A DNA stretch of 36,040 nucleotides from Trypethelium eluteriae (lineage: Eukaryota). The number at the start of each line of letters is the position of its first letter. The stretch's first letter is position 1. The notes beneath the pieces were generated by a model that saw only the letters and a program-made list of their open reading frames with translations, had not been told where the DNA came from and ran no database searches. Shown here piece by piece: positions 22,855 through 34,593 of the stretch. The position numbers and the translations under genes were made by a program. The stretch lies in the NCBI GenBank assembly GCA_051942245.1, contig JAVECL010000207.1, positions 1-36,040 of the forward strand. The letters are read 5' to 3'.

Positions 22855-23863
22855 TCCGGGCCTGTGTTGGAATTGGAGTACAATGCGCTTAGTTATCTAT
22901 CTGAAGTTAATCAGATCCACATGGCAAAGTGATGCTACATGCCTGCTCCAACGGTGGTGTTAGAGACGGTCTTTTCACAATCCCTCAATCCTCGTTACTG
23001 CAGATTGATGCATTTTTCTGGCCATTTATTCCAGGTGCGCTTGTACCGCGAAGTCCAGGTAAGATCTATTTTTGGAACCCGAAAATCGTGCTCACTGATA
23101 TTCAATGTCTATTCAAGTCTCGACAGATCGGGAGAGGGGACAAAAGTTCGTGCAACACGGTGGCCCTTCTTCAACTTCTTCTTACCTAGGCCCTACTTAT
23201 TGGGGAAACGCCATTGCGGCAGAGGTATGACACGAATTCTGTGAGTCCTTATGCTATCGCGATTTTCAATGCCCTCAGTACCACCGAAGTAATTAAGTGA
23301 CGGTAAATTGAAGTCTGGCATGAGTAACCAATCCTTTTCTCAGTCATTTCTGCCATACCTAAGTGTCCCTGATGGGGGTACAGTGACCAGGTCCGGAAAC
23401 TCACGATCCAACAAGTTGCGCATACCTCAAATTGATCCTTCAATGCGATTCGTGCCAACAAAAGTATAGACCCAGGGTTACTTTCGCCTAGTTGCCGACT
23501 AAAGAAACATGTGAACGTTTATGTGATCTGTAGTTTTCAACAGCGTTCCCTTTGCTGCCAATATTTGCATCCTCAAAGCTCGACAGATGAATAGCAATAT
23601 TTGCAAACATAGTTATTTTCATTCTTACTCCACGAAGAAGTCAATACCCAACACCCAATAAAATGCAAAATGCTATGAGAAGATTGTGATATCGACTTAG
23701 AGATGTGGTACACCATGTAATGCAAACAAAGGGCAAAAGAGACGAATTCTATCCAGATACCGTAATGTCCATGCAATGTCGGAAAGAGAATCTTCATAAC
23801 ACATATCTGTCTGGTATCCACACAAGCTCCATCCTGTCGCTAGTCCTCTCACTATGCATTTCG

Positions 23864-25345
23864 TTATACCTCTCGCTTCTCAGAGGAGTCAAGGGAGCTT
23901 GCCCATGTCTGATTTCCTCCGAGGCTCAATAGCGTCTCAGCAGCCTGCAACTCCTCGTCGCCAATGGCTTTCTTCGTGTGCTCTTCCGCTTTCGGAGGCG
24001 GCGACGAAGTCTCTTGCAGCCCTGCATCTGCCCTCTTCCTCTTCTTGAAGTAACGCCCTCCCTGCTGACCACGACTCGGTGGCGGAACAATTTCTGCTGA
24101 GACCGGCCTGTCGAAAGGGGTGGCTGGCATTGACCGAGGAGCACTTGTCGGCGCTGGTGCCTTCTTTGCTCTGGCATTGATCGGAGTGAAGGCTCTCACA
24201 AGTTGGGTTTTCGGGGAGACGGGCGAAGAAGACCGGCGTTGAGGAGTTTCACGATAGTTTGTCTCACGATCACTGTCAGTGTCGATGTCAGCGTCGGTAT
24301 CGCTAAGCTGTTTGTAGGTTCGCTTTTTCTGTGATCGCAAGCGTCTTGGCGGGGCTGGAGACGCAATTCGACTATTCATGGTGCTTTCAGAGTCGTCGCT
24401 AGCTTGTGCTGAAGTGCAATCGGTTTCTTCAGGGATTTTGGTGGAAGGGGCTCCCCTACGCAGCTGATTCATTCGCTGTGTACAGTCTCTTATGATGTCC
24501 CTCGGTATCTTGTAGTTTCCGAAATCGGGATGGCCGGGATGCAGACATTCTGCCGGAAAGTTGTAACCAAAGATTGGCGTCAGCGCCCAACGAATATGGT
24601 AACAGAAAGTAGTGCACACTGCTCGAGCAGCTTCAAAAGGCATCCAGTAGCCTTGAGCAATGATGGCACCGCCAGTAATGCTATAGGTAATATCACGAAG
24701 GCCAGGATTCCGGTCCAACGACTTGGCAGGAGCGGTCTGTCACCATAAGGTCAGTTTCGCTCTAAAGGGGCCAACTGCAGGATTGTATTGGACTGACCTT
24801 GACAAGACCAAGAGCTTTGAAGAAAGGTGTGATGCGAACCAGTCCAACATTGCAATCCCACATTACTCCCCAGGACTCGCCATTGGAGTCGAAAGTATAG
24901 CGAAAGACTATCTGACAGTAAGCCTAATTTTCAAAATTCTCGGATTATTGGGACTTGAAAGCTTCTTACCATCAAGTGCTTCAAGTCCCGTCTTTGCAGT
25001 CAGGGTCCGTTTGTCACTTGTGTAGGGAATGTGCTTCGTGCTCCGTGCAATCTGTCCGAGCGGCTTGATGTTGAATTGTTTCTGCTTAGCTTTCATTTGA
25101 TCAGCAAGCTCAGCATTTTCTGGTTCACCCTCATGAGGCTGATAATTCCCAGGATGATCCCATGTAGTCACCAGTGATCTTCTCCTCAGAGGTCCAGGGG
25201 ATGGCGGCGTTGGAGAATTGGAGCTTTGACTATCAGTTGGTGTTGCCGAGGACATTCGCTCAGGGGTCGAAGATGTTGAGATAGTTGAAGTGTATGGTGA
25301 CTGAATAAAGTCCAATGCAGGGTTGAGCAATGACTGTACTCTCAT
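23864..25345 (-). CDS. XBP1: APSES/KilA-N domain transcription factor, XBP1-like
   Basis: Exons 24970-25345, 24798-24907 and 23864-24736 give MRVQSLLNP...HIPYTSDK...VMWDCNVGLVRITPFFKAL..KTAPAKSLDRNPGLRDITYSITGGAIIAQGYWMPFEAARAVCTTFCYHIRWALTPIFG. C-terminal AAETLLSL. Confidence 0.9.
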
Positions 25346-27860
25346 GATATCTGGAGAAATTGTGTAGGCTTCGAAAGCGTGACTGAGGAGGGCAAGATTG
25401 GTAAGGCCAATCGGATAGCTCTGGGCAAGTGAAACGTGCTCAATGCCTGCTCTGGGCCTGAAAGTGTTAGTAGGCCTGCCTCTTATCTCCTTTGGTCTTG
25501 AGTCAACCCAAGCCAAACGCAGAGCATTGCTGCAGTTTTTGAGTACGTGCCAACATGGCAACGCAGTCCTGTAAGTGTGGCGTAAAGTGCGGTCAGATAA
25601 TTCAATGAATTCAAAGAGAGTATGACCCCACTCCCTGGAAGGCTGCAGAGCATTATGCACATGTGTGGCTAAGGCATGTCTCATATGTCTCATTAAACAG
25701 TTCTAGATCAGTACAGATCTTTGATGCACTAATGTTCTTGCCTCTGTGGCTTTGTCGTCGGCCGTTCTCAAGCTACTGGGTGCAAACATGAATCGAGAAC
25801 AGATCTTTGTGTCTGTTTCTGCAGGCGTTGAGACTTAGGAATCCCTTCCTATGCCGCTGCTTTCAAGGGCAAAATCAGGGCAGGGACAAGGATTGCAGTC
25901 AAAATGACTTCTCGCTCCTATCATTCCCTTGGCGGCTTTTACATAGGCACTGAAAGGCCTGCAATTACGAAAACAATTCGACCAAACGACACAGCAATGC
26001 CATTCTTTGAAGTGGTCCCTAGGAGGACGCGCAATGACAAGCAGGAACAGAAGCAGAGAGTCCTGTTCAAAATCGCTTCAACGCTACCGAAACATGTCAG
26101 TGCGGGCGGAATCTTGCTGCTTCATGTCCACCCATGTCAAAGCCATTCGATCTGAGTGGATTAGAGAGCGCAATGCATGAGCCTTTACCCTTCGACAGGT
26201 TTGGTTCAAGGAGAAGTAGGCCGAAGCTTACGGCGCTAGAGCAACTGGCTTCCGAATAGTTATGCGGACGTCCACATCCCTAGGGCTTCTTGCCACACTG
26301 ACAGAGAGACTCTGGAAACTATCTTTTCATGTTGCACATTTAGACACTTGACGAGACGGCTGAGATCTCGGTATTGTTTTCCAGCGCCTTGCAAAATTCT
26401 GGACATCCCTTCAAGCACAGGGGCGTGAGCGAATCTTTAGGAGATAGTTTTGGGCGAAGTGAATGAGGCGGTTTTGAACATGGATCGACCATGGACCCAG
26501 TTGGCTCATAGGCGTATAGTCTAGAACATAGACCGCTGTGCAAGCAGGCTAATGCGTAACATCTTTCCGAGCTGTGCGGAAGGCCATTAGTCCCTTTCAA
26601 GTTGACAAGCACGACCAGCGCCAGACTGCAGGAACAGGCTGTTCTCCCGGTTTCTGGGACCAGTGATGGGACTAGCGAGATGCAGCTATCCGTTTGATTG
26701 CATTGCCGCCATGGCCCCACATCCACATTTCAGGAGACATCCACCGCCAAAGGGAACCTTGATTGCTTGACGAGCGCATCGCACGGGAACTCGAGTCGAG
26801 TTCGATCTGAGTATCTTACAAGGTGTGGCAACACGTCACCAACGAGATGAAGGCACCAGAGGCCCGATTCGCTGAGTTGTGGTTAGTAAGGAGAGAAATG
26901 TCGGCGCTGGCGTGCACGTGGGATTGTAGCAGCAAGAGCCTGCAGCCGGCAATGCATGGCGTTTACGCGTCAACTCGTGAGAAGAACGTGGGTTTCCTTA
27001 ATGTGGTAGCCAATCAAGCAGCAATGACGATAGCCCGGTATCGAACAGCAAGAATTTCTGCGATTAGACATCACTCGCAAGCCCGCTCACTCACCGCTTG
27101 ATTGTCTGACTTGAGATCTGCTTTTTGGGTCGCTCTCAAGTGGAAAGGCCTTCTCCACTCAACTACTTGGGGGGCCCAGTCATGGGTTTTGCGACTGCGA
27201 TGAGGTCGGCCGTCCCGTGCTCCGCATCTCTGAGGCTTTCAACGGCCAAAAGGATCCAAAGTGGCAAGACTCATGCTCACGAAGGTCAACGATCTTTCCG
27301 ATTCCAGACTGAGCGGTACTACGAGCCGTCCAAAGCCATTCTACCGAGTTTCGAGACGAGAAACCCCTAAAAGACGACACATCGATCAACATGTCCGAGA
27401 GGCATTACCTGAGTATCAGAATTTGGCGTTAATTGACCCGTCTCCCGTTTTGTAAGACCGAGTTGCAAGGGAGAAAGACCTCTAGACACTGACCCGCTCC
27501 TTCGGAATGCTTATGTGCTCTGTACAGCTAGCCGTAGATCTTGAGCGGTGTGAAACTGGATTCTGGATTAAGCCGATCCAGCACAAACTCGAAGTCTGAG
27601 CGGAGGGTAGAGTAGGCTACGCGCTTGGCAAATATGCAGCCTTCCGCCCAAGAACATCTTCTCTGATTTTAGCTCTGGGGTCGGATAAGCTACGTGGCCT
27701 TTCGGCTGAAACGGTTGTTCGAGTACTCTCCAAGCAGTGGCGAGACCAATATTGAAGTTTGGTCAATGGCTCGCCAGCTCGGGACTGACCAAGATAGTAG
27801 ATAGACACAGTATGATGACTCGGCCGCCGTGGTTTTCCCTGATGATAGACCCTAAGATGC

Positions 27861-29056
27861 TCATTCCTCGCGGTCGGAGGTCTTTGCTGGCTTTTTAAAC
27901 CCTGCCATGGCCTTATCAACTCCACTCATCCACCTGACGACTCTTTGGAGACTAGCAGGCAAGACCCCATACCACTTTATATAGCGCGCGTAAGCAGGTA
28001 TACTGAGCTCTCCGCTGTACCCTGCCTGAACCATATCCACGATTTTCTTTACTAGATCAAGAGGTTCCACGATAGGGCCGAAGAAAGACGATGGTGTCTC
28101 GACGCCTTCAAACATATCTGTGCCTAATTGGCCCGGTGTGACAAGAATCGTGCGAACATTCTTGGCACCAACGTCGGTCATCTCGTTGAGCTCAGCCCGT
28201 AGCGATGCATGCATTGCAATGAGACCTGATTTTGCAGCTGTGTAGTCCGACAGTCGAGCGGCACCTAAATGTGCAAGGACGGATGAGATTGTCACGATAG
28301 TGCCTCCGGTCAGAGACTGAACCATTTTAGGCAAGAATACCTGAATAGTGTGGAAATGCGCCAATAGGTTTACTCGAAAATTACTTCGCTTTTCATAAGC
28401 GTAGTCTGCAAATGGAAGCATGAGTTTCAACTTACTTGTCGATTTCGCTTGAAGACAGGTCCAGTAATCTTTTTCCGTTGACAACACCCGCGTTATTGAT
28501 GAGAATCGTTGGTGTGCCGAGCTTGTTTGCACCGGGTCAACTCATTGCTTCGCTTCGAATACGCTGCCCAAGATGAGACACAATAAGCCAGACTCACCTC
28601 ATCCGTAATCCTATTAGCCACATCCTCAAGCTCACACCTTTCACTGACGTCACATTTGTAAAACGACACGCCTTTGGCTTCATCTTGCTCTTTCAGATCG
28701 AGTACTGCAACACTAGCTCCTCGCATGCCAAATGTCTCGGCAAGAAGAAGACCTAGCCCACTGGCGCCGCCTGTAATCACGACCACTTCTTCGCTCAGCT
28801 GGATTTCTCTTGCTGGTCCGTAAGCGAGACGCCGATTCGCAATTGCAAGTGTCCAGACAAGTGATACCACGATAGCTCCACAGGCCGTAATCGTCAACAA
28901 ACGATCGGACAGTGAAGCTCCCCGCGCAAGGACCATCAAGGGAATCATCCACGCGTAAAACGCGCAGACACCCAGATCATTGGAGCCAGGGAGGAATAAA
29001 TCAATATTGAATCGCTTGTACCATGCCACTGGATGACCACCTTTGCGTGCAGGCAT
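27861..29056 (-). CDS. Membrane-anchored SDR (17-beta-HSD11/Tda5-like)
   Basis: Exons 28598-29056, 28436-28521 and 27861-28383. N-terminal hydrophobic segments, TGGASGLG, YKCDVS, PTILINNAGV, TISSVL and catalytic YTAAK. Confidence 0.9.
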
Positions 29057-29303
29057 TGTACAATATCATTGCTTTCGATGTCGCGGCAAATGTCAAGGAT
29101 GTGATGACGAGGCGAGAGCGCCGCAAACACCTGAAAGGATTGTTGACGCGCTCTCAGGGTTGGTGCTATGTACTTCGTACTCTACTGCACAGGATCCACG
29201 TCAGAGGCGTAGCCGCACCACGCCAGTGCTTCTTCAATACGGAATAGCGGCAAATGATCAAGGATAAAGTAACCTCATACAATTTCCATTTCTGCTTTTG
29301 GAT

Positions 29304-29423
29304 GTGAGTTACGTAGGGGGTTACCCTGAGCTCTGAGTCAGCAGTCGAAGCCGTGGCTGAGCGATACTGAGCAAGCCTGAGTACATCCTGAGTTACTATG
29401 AGCTAAACTTCATGGTGCCTGAA
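29304..29423 (+). repeat. Phased CTGAG pentamer array; candidate mobile-element terminus
   Basis: (C)TGAG at 29304, 29326, 29333, 29357, 29367, 29377, 29388 and 29398, plus CTGAA at 29419. It sits exactly at the switch to AT-rich, CpG-poor DNA. Confidence 0.7.
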
Positions 29424-30705
29424 TTTGGGACTTCCCTTTTTAGACAAATAATCATAATTTCTAAAGATAGGATTCAACCTTATAGGGGTCTATTATTTAT
29501 GATCCTTACAGATCCTATTTTAGAACCCTCTAAGCTAGATAAAACCTGATTTATGGCCCCTTAAGTCACGGTAATACTTGCCTTTGATCAACAGGTAGTC
29601 ATATGATCTTAGATATTACAACAAGGATCATCTAATTAGTAGCAATAACACTGATACACCAATTTTAGAAGATGTTAATTTATGTTTAAGAAGCAACTAT
29701 ATTTGAAGTCACAACAAAGCATAATTGTCACCTCAAGCCTTATAATTTTAGGACATATGTGAATGGCAAGCTATCAGTATTGGACTAAAGTTGAAGACAA
29801 GTTGGTTAAATGAATGATAATGCCGGAGCTGAAGTCTAGATGCTGTCCCACAAATTTTGACAAATATCTTGATGGGCCTCTCTGAGGAATGGGGTCTGTC
29901 CATAAACTACAATTATGTCCGCACGATTCCTGCAGGAGTCTGTGCTGGAGATGACACAGTAATGGTAAGAGCAAGGAGACTCCATTGGATATTGAAGGGG
30001 TGAAGCCAGATGGGATGAGCTGGATTTGGAAGGAGGTCTATCATGCGCCTCTGATAGAGGATCGTGCGGACAGTGGGGTGAGTCAAGCTGAACCAGTGGC
30101 GAGAACGGATCCCAGTATGAGACCCCTTGCTGTCGCAGCTAACGCAACTAAGGTTCACCATAGAGTGCAAGGTGTAAGATGGAGGCGCTGCTTGGACGTT
30201 AACCGCGGCTGCTATTGGCTAACCTGACATATATCTCAGGATAGTATCACCGTTGTGCACTGGGTAGGCCGATGTAAATTTAGGATTCAGGTGGAGGCAC
30301 AGCATTAAAGATTGTGATTGAGTGGAGCTCACTGTTGGTGGCGTAGGGTCGCTCATTCCATAGGGAGTAGATCCAAAGCGGCGGCACATGCCAATCATGT
30401 TAAACACGTAACGAACGTTCGTCTTGATGGGGGCGATTTTGCTGGGTCCTCAAAGGATGCAGACAGACAAGCTGGTGCAACAAGGTCTTAGCGCCAATGG
30501 GCCATATTTGCTCCCTTCTTTTATCGCAAGCTTGGTCTGTTGCAGATTGATATGATGTTCTGCCTTTTAGACGTTTGTATCCGCCTTGTTGTTGATAAAA
30601 TTTCATCCACCATACAGGCAAGTAGGGCGCGTCTTGTCTTGACCACTTGACTTAGTAGGTTCAGAGCGTTATTCATAAATCGCGACATGCTGGGCATGCA
30701 CTCAT
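29410..30705 (-). pseudogene. RIP-degenerated ~430-codon ORF of unknown family, N-terminal CxxC
   Basis: One frame from ATG 30705 (MSACPACRDL*ITL*TY*VKWSRQDAPYLPVWWMKFY...) to 29410 reads protein-like throughout. It has more than 20 stops, each explainable as CAA/CAG/CGA to TAA/TAG/TGA, and needs no frameshift. TpA-rich and CpG-poor at 29420-29800. Confidence 0.5.
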
Positions 30706-31256
30706 TTCCCTTTGAAGGAAGCTGATTAAGTGTTGTGTCGTGGGTCGAGTTGTTACAAGGAGGTTGTAGCTTTAATTGTTGCGGAGATCTCTTGCATGGA
30801 CGTGCCTCTAGTTCATGCTGTGACTGCTCAGCATAGTTGCCTTAGACTGTACAAGTTTAGCCATAAGTATACATAATAAACAGAAGTGTCTTATCGCTGT
30901 CTCTTCATTAGAATGGTCATAGTCTGAGGTGCAATGGAGTAATCCAAGGAGGACTAAATTGATGCGATTTCTCGCTTGAAGGAGCGGGCATGATTATATT
31001 GTTACTTCCAGGAATACAGCTTCAGTAATAGCTGTCCAAGCTTGCGTGTTCAAGTTGCGGACATTGCGTATTTCATGTAGGCGTGAAGTTTGGACGCTCA
31101 ACAATAGTTTGTAAGGGGCATGGCGGCAGCAACACACTACGGCTAGCGTGTTTTTCTTACTTAATGGTCTCAGTTATTTCTTCGTACTCCCACTAACACA
31201 ACCCCCACTTTACCGGCGGTTATTATAAGCGCTTTGCCCTTGCGATTCTAATCAGC

Positions 31257-33070
31257 ATGGCCAGTCGTTCTATACCTCCAGCCGCTCAAAAGTGTCAGCG
31301 CACACCAAATGAAGGGTACATCAGTGCGACCTTTGCCATGCTATACAACCAAATTGACTTCAGCAGTGCATCTATCAGTAAAGCTACACGACGCAGTGCT
31401 CGCATAGAGGTCGCAAACAGAAAGGGTTCCAAATCGCGGACGGATGCTAAACAGCAAGCTCCAAACTTACAAGAGCAAGAGGTATGCTCGCACTGATTTT
31501 TAACATTGTCGATGGACGCTGAATTCTTAATCGGTAGAAACAAACACACACAGTAGGAAGCCACGTTCTAGACGTCAAGCGTCCTTCCTCGATCAAACAG
31601 CCAAGGGAACACCCAAGAATTCAAGATCGTCCGCAACTTCAGGAACAAATTGAGAGGCAAAAGCGGCATCAAGAAGTCAAAGCTACGCCCTCCACCTCTC
31701 TCAAGCAATCTCCAAAGCGCGTGCGAACAATTCCGCCGACAATTAACAAGGCTCGGCTTGGCTTTTGGACAGAGGAGGGAAGGTGGCCGACAGAAGAACA
31801 GGAGAAAACAATGGATCGATTTCGAGATATTGTGCAGTATGCACTCCCAAGAAAGAGAACGAAATCTTCTTTACGTCGGAAGCGATCAGATGCCAGTGTG
31901 GGCACAGAAACGGTTCAAACGCGGACACCAAGCGATCAATCTTCACGAGAACAGAAGAGTGCTCCATACAGATATCCGCGGTATGAGGGTCAACTGCAGG
32001 AACGAGGTAGCTTCATAGACGACCATGATAAAGGCATTACCAAACAAAGTGAAGAGCTTCTGGCAAAACTTCTTAAAACGCCTCGAAAGCCACCTGAAAA
32101 CACACTCTTCTCAGACGATATCTTGTTCAAGAAGACCTGCAAGAGCCTCAGGGGTGAAAATGAGACGAAGGTGATCCTCCGTGTTACGGAACTTATTTTC
32201 CCTTCTGCTGAGGTTCTGGCGGATCGCGGAGCAAAACACCTCAAAATCCTCAGGGAGACTACAAATGCAGGCTGGATCAACGCTATTCCCTTTTTCGGTC
32301 CTTGTCCGCAACCAGACTTTGGTCTTGGTTTTAAAAGAGAAGCGTTTAATCAGGAGCAGCTCCAAAGATTGCGGGCTTTTATCGGCAACAAACTTGAAGA
32401 CTGTTCCTATATTGCGGCCACCTACAATATGTACCTTCCCTTTTTTACCAGCGAAGTAAAATGCGGGGCATCTGCACTTGATGTCGCCGATCGCCAGAAT
32501 CTTCACAGCCATACCATTTTATTGCGCAACCTAGCGGAGCTCTTCAAACTTGTAGGTCGACTAAATGAGCTTCACCGAGAAGTCAACAGCTATTCAATAT
32601 CTCACACAGATGAGTACATAAGGATCTGGGCGCATTATCTTTTTGTCAAAGGAGAAGATTATACATTTTATCGACATTCAGTTGCGAAGTTTGATTTTTC
32701 ACCAACGGTGGAGGGCGATCAAAGGTGGAAAGCGTGGACTTTCACCATGAACATCTACAATCTCTGGGTTCCTGGTCATTTTAAAAGACTTTGCTCCATC
32801 ATCGATATGTTGCCAGCTGATCTAACTTTTGAGCTTTCCAATCTGTCTCAACCTCAATACTCGGATCCGGAGCTAGGCTCTTCACGTTCTGGACTTTCCC
32901 AACCGGTTGAAGATTGTAGCCTAGCTGATGAAGAACCAGTGCAAGACAACCAGCCCAGCAATCAACCTATCACGCCTGATACAACAACGGCCGGCTCCAT
33001 CATTTCTAAAAAAAAAAAAGGGCCAAATAAAGGTTTGCATTTATTCCTCAAGCTGGATTGCCGTCTGTGA
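31257..33070 (+). CDS. DUF7924-like fungal protein with a PD-(D/E)XK-nuclease-like motif
   Basis: Exon 31257-31481, GTATGC..TAG intron 31482-31537, then a frame open to 33070. A further small 5' intron is possible. Motifs FWTEEGRWP, APYRYPRYE, NETKVI, PQPDFGLGF, YLPFFTSEVKCG, DVADRQN.HS, SISH, FYRH and W..H.KR.CS.ID. Confidence 0.8.
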
Positions 33071-33246
33071 TACCTATTAGGCCACGCTAATCCCTTGTAT
33101 CCGCATAGTTGTCAATAGAAGATGCACACAACAACATTTCTGGGTCATGGTATTCAGTGCTTATCAAGCTTCATCGGCATTGGCGTTTCTGCATGGCTCG
33201 CAGTTGTGAAATTTCCTCAATTCGTATGGATCAAAGACACCTGGTA

Positions 33247-33824
33247 GGATGGAAAGGGATGATGTCCGGACACATTTTACACTCTTCGCATAACCTGGAG
33301 GAACCGGAGCACTGTCTCGAGATTGCCCCAGGATTGATCGTCCGGCCTCGGAAGAGCGTCTTGGACGGAAAGGGATGTGAATGTCCGGATGCATTCTAGA
33401 CTCTTCTAGGAATGGAAGTGAGATGGACACTCTGAAGGAACTATTGTCTCAAGATTGTCTAAGCCCACTTGGCACCGGAGGAACTGGACAATTGTCTTGA
33501 GATCGTCCAAGCCTGCTTTTCACACTCCCAAGGCACTGTCGAGAGATCGCTTAAGCCTAATTGGCACACTCCGGAGGCACTGTCTCGATATCGCCCAAGC
33601 CTACTTGGCACACTCTAGTCTCGAGATCGTCCTATGATGGAAAGTGATATGGATGTCTGGACACATTTCCTGGGAAGAGAAGGGGATATGCTGGGCTGGA
33701 AGAGGATTTTGGCTGTCCAGACACGTTCCACACTCTGTAAGATGTGAATATCCACATCCCACACTCGAGGATGTGACGAGGATGGAAAGGGTTATGGATA
33801 TCCGGGCACCGTCCAAACTCTGGC
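33247..33824 (+). repeat. Array of two interleaved degenerate ~44-bp repeat families (A and B)
   Basis: Family A (cactgtctcgagatcgcccaagcctacttggcacactccggagg) at ~33310, 33441, 33489, 33534, 33578 and 33618. Family B (ggatggaaagggatRtgRatgtccggacacattYYacactct) at ~33247, 33363, 33409, 33636, 33696, 33741 and 33780. Confidence 0.85.
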
Positions 33825-34593
33825 CAGTTTAAATTGTGATGGATATTGCAACCAATCTTTCGTCCTGGCTTCTCGCCCTCGCTTCCCCCCTCTTCTCTCG
33901 TCGCGTCGATAGGCTGTGCCTGGTCCCTTCTCTCCCCGTCCCAGCCCACTCAGGCTGACATGTCGTGCAGCGAGGATGGCGCTGACGCGGCCCCGTTCAT
34001 CCTTCAGCTTCAGCTCTTGCTGTGTCCTCGCCCTCGGTCCTCTGCATTCAGCTGCCTCGGTCCTCGAGCGGCGTGCGTAGATGCCTGGCCTCAATCGTCG
34101 CCACCCGCTGATCCAAGGGTCGTCCTCGTCTGCCTAGCGATTCTCGGTCGGCAGCGTCAGCTCAAGTCCTGGCAGAAAGAGGGGGAGGGTCTACGACAAC
34201 TGAGTTCGCGGTACAGTTATTGGACCACCGATGAACGACATGGCGGTGATGGCAGTTGACTGGATGCTTCGAGACATGAAGTTACATCGGTCCCCTTCCT
34301 TGATCAGACGCACGAAGCTACTACGCCCCTGTCCAAGCAATCCATGCGCGAATGTGAGGCATTTCAATCTTCTTAAGACGCTCGGTCGACTACTGGGAGC
34401 TTTGCACAGCCTTTCGGAAGCATAGGTTCTGTTCTCCATCAAAACAAGCGTCAAGAAGGGGCAGTGTCCATACAGGTCCCAGATCTACCTAGCCTGAGAC
34501 AGTAAAGGATTCTTCAAGGACTATAAAACAAGGCAAATCTTGCTTTCCTCACGATTTTTGTTCATTATCTTTTCTTTGATAGCATTATTCAAT

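Noticed and set aside
25346..25693. Upstream extension of the XBP1 exon-1 ORF
   Set aside because: The MRVQSLLNP start at 25345 fits the usual N-terminal SLLNP motif; the extension looks like UTR.
25904..27617. Scattered 60-130 aa ORFs
   Set aside because: No motifs; consistent with a long transcription-factor promoter region.
33247..33824. CRISPR interpretation of the repeat array
   Set aside because: Eukaryotic context, degenerate tandem units without unique spacers of constant length, and no cas genes.
33792..34454. Possible small spliced minus-strand gene or 137-aa plus-strand ORF
   Set aside because: GC-rich low-complexity translation, weak donor site and no recognisable family; cannot be supported.
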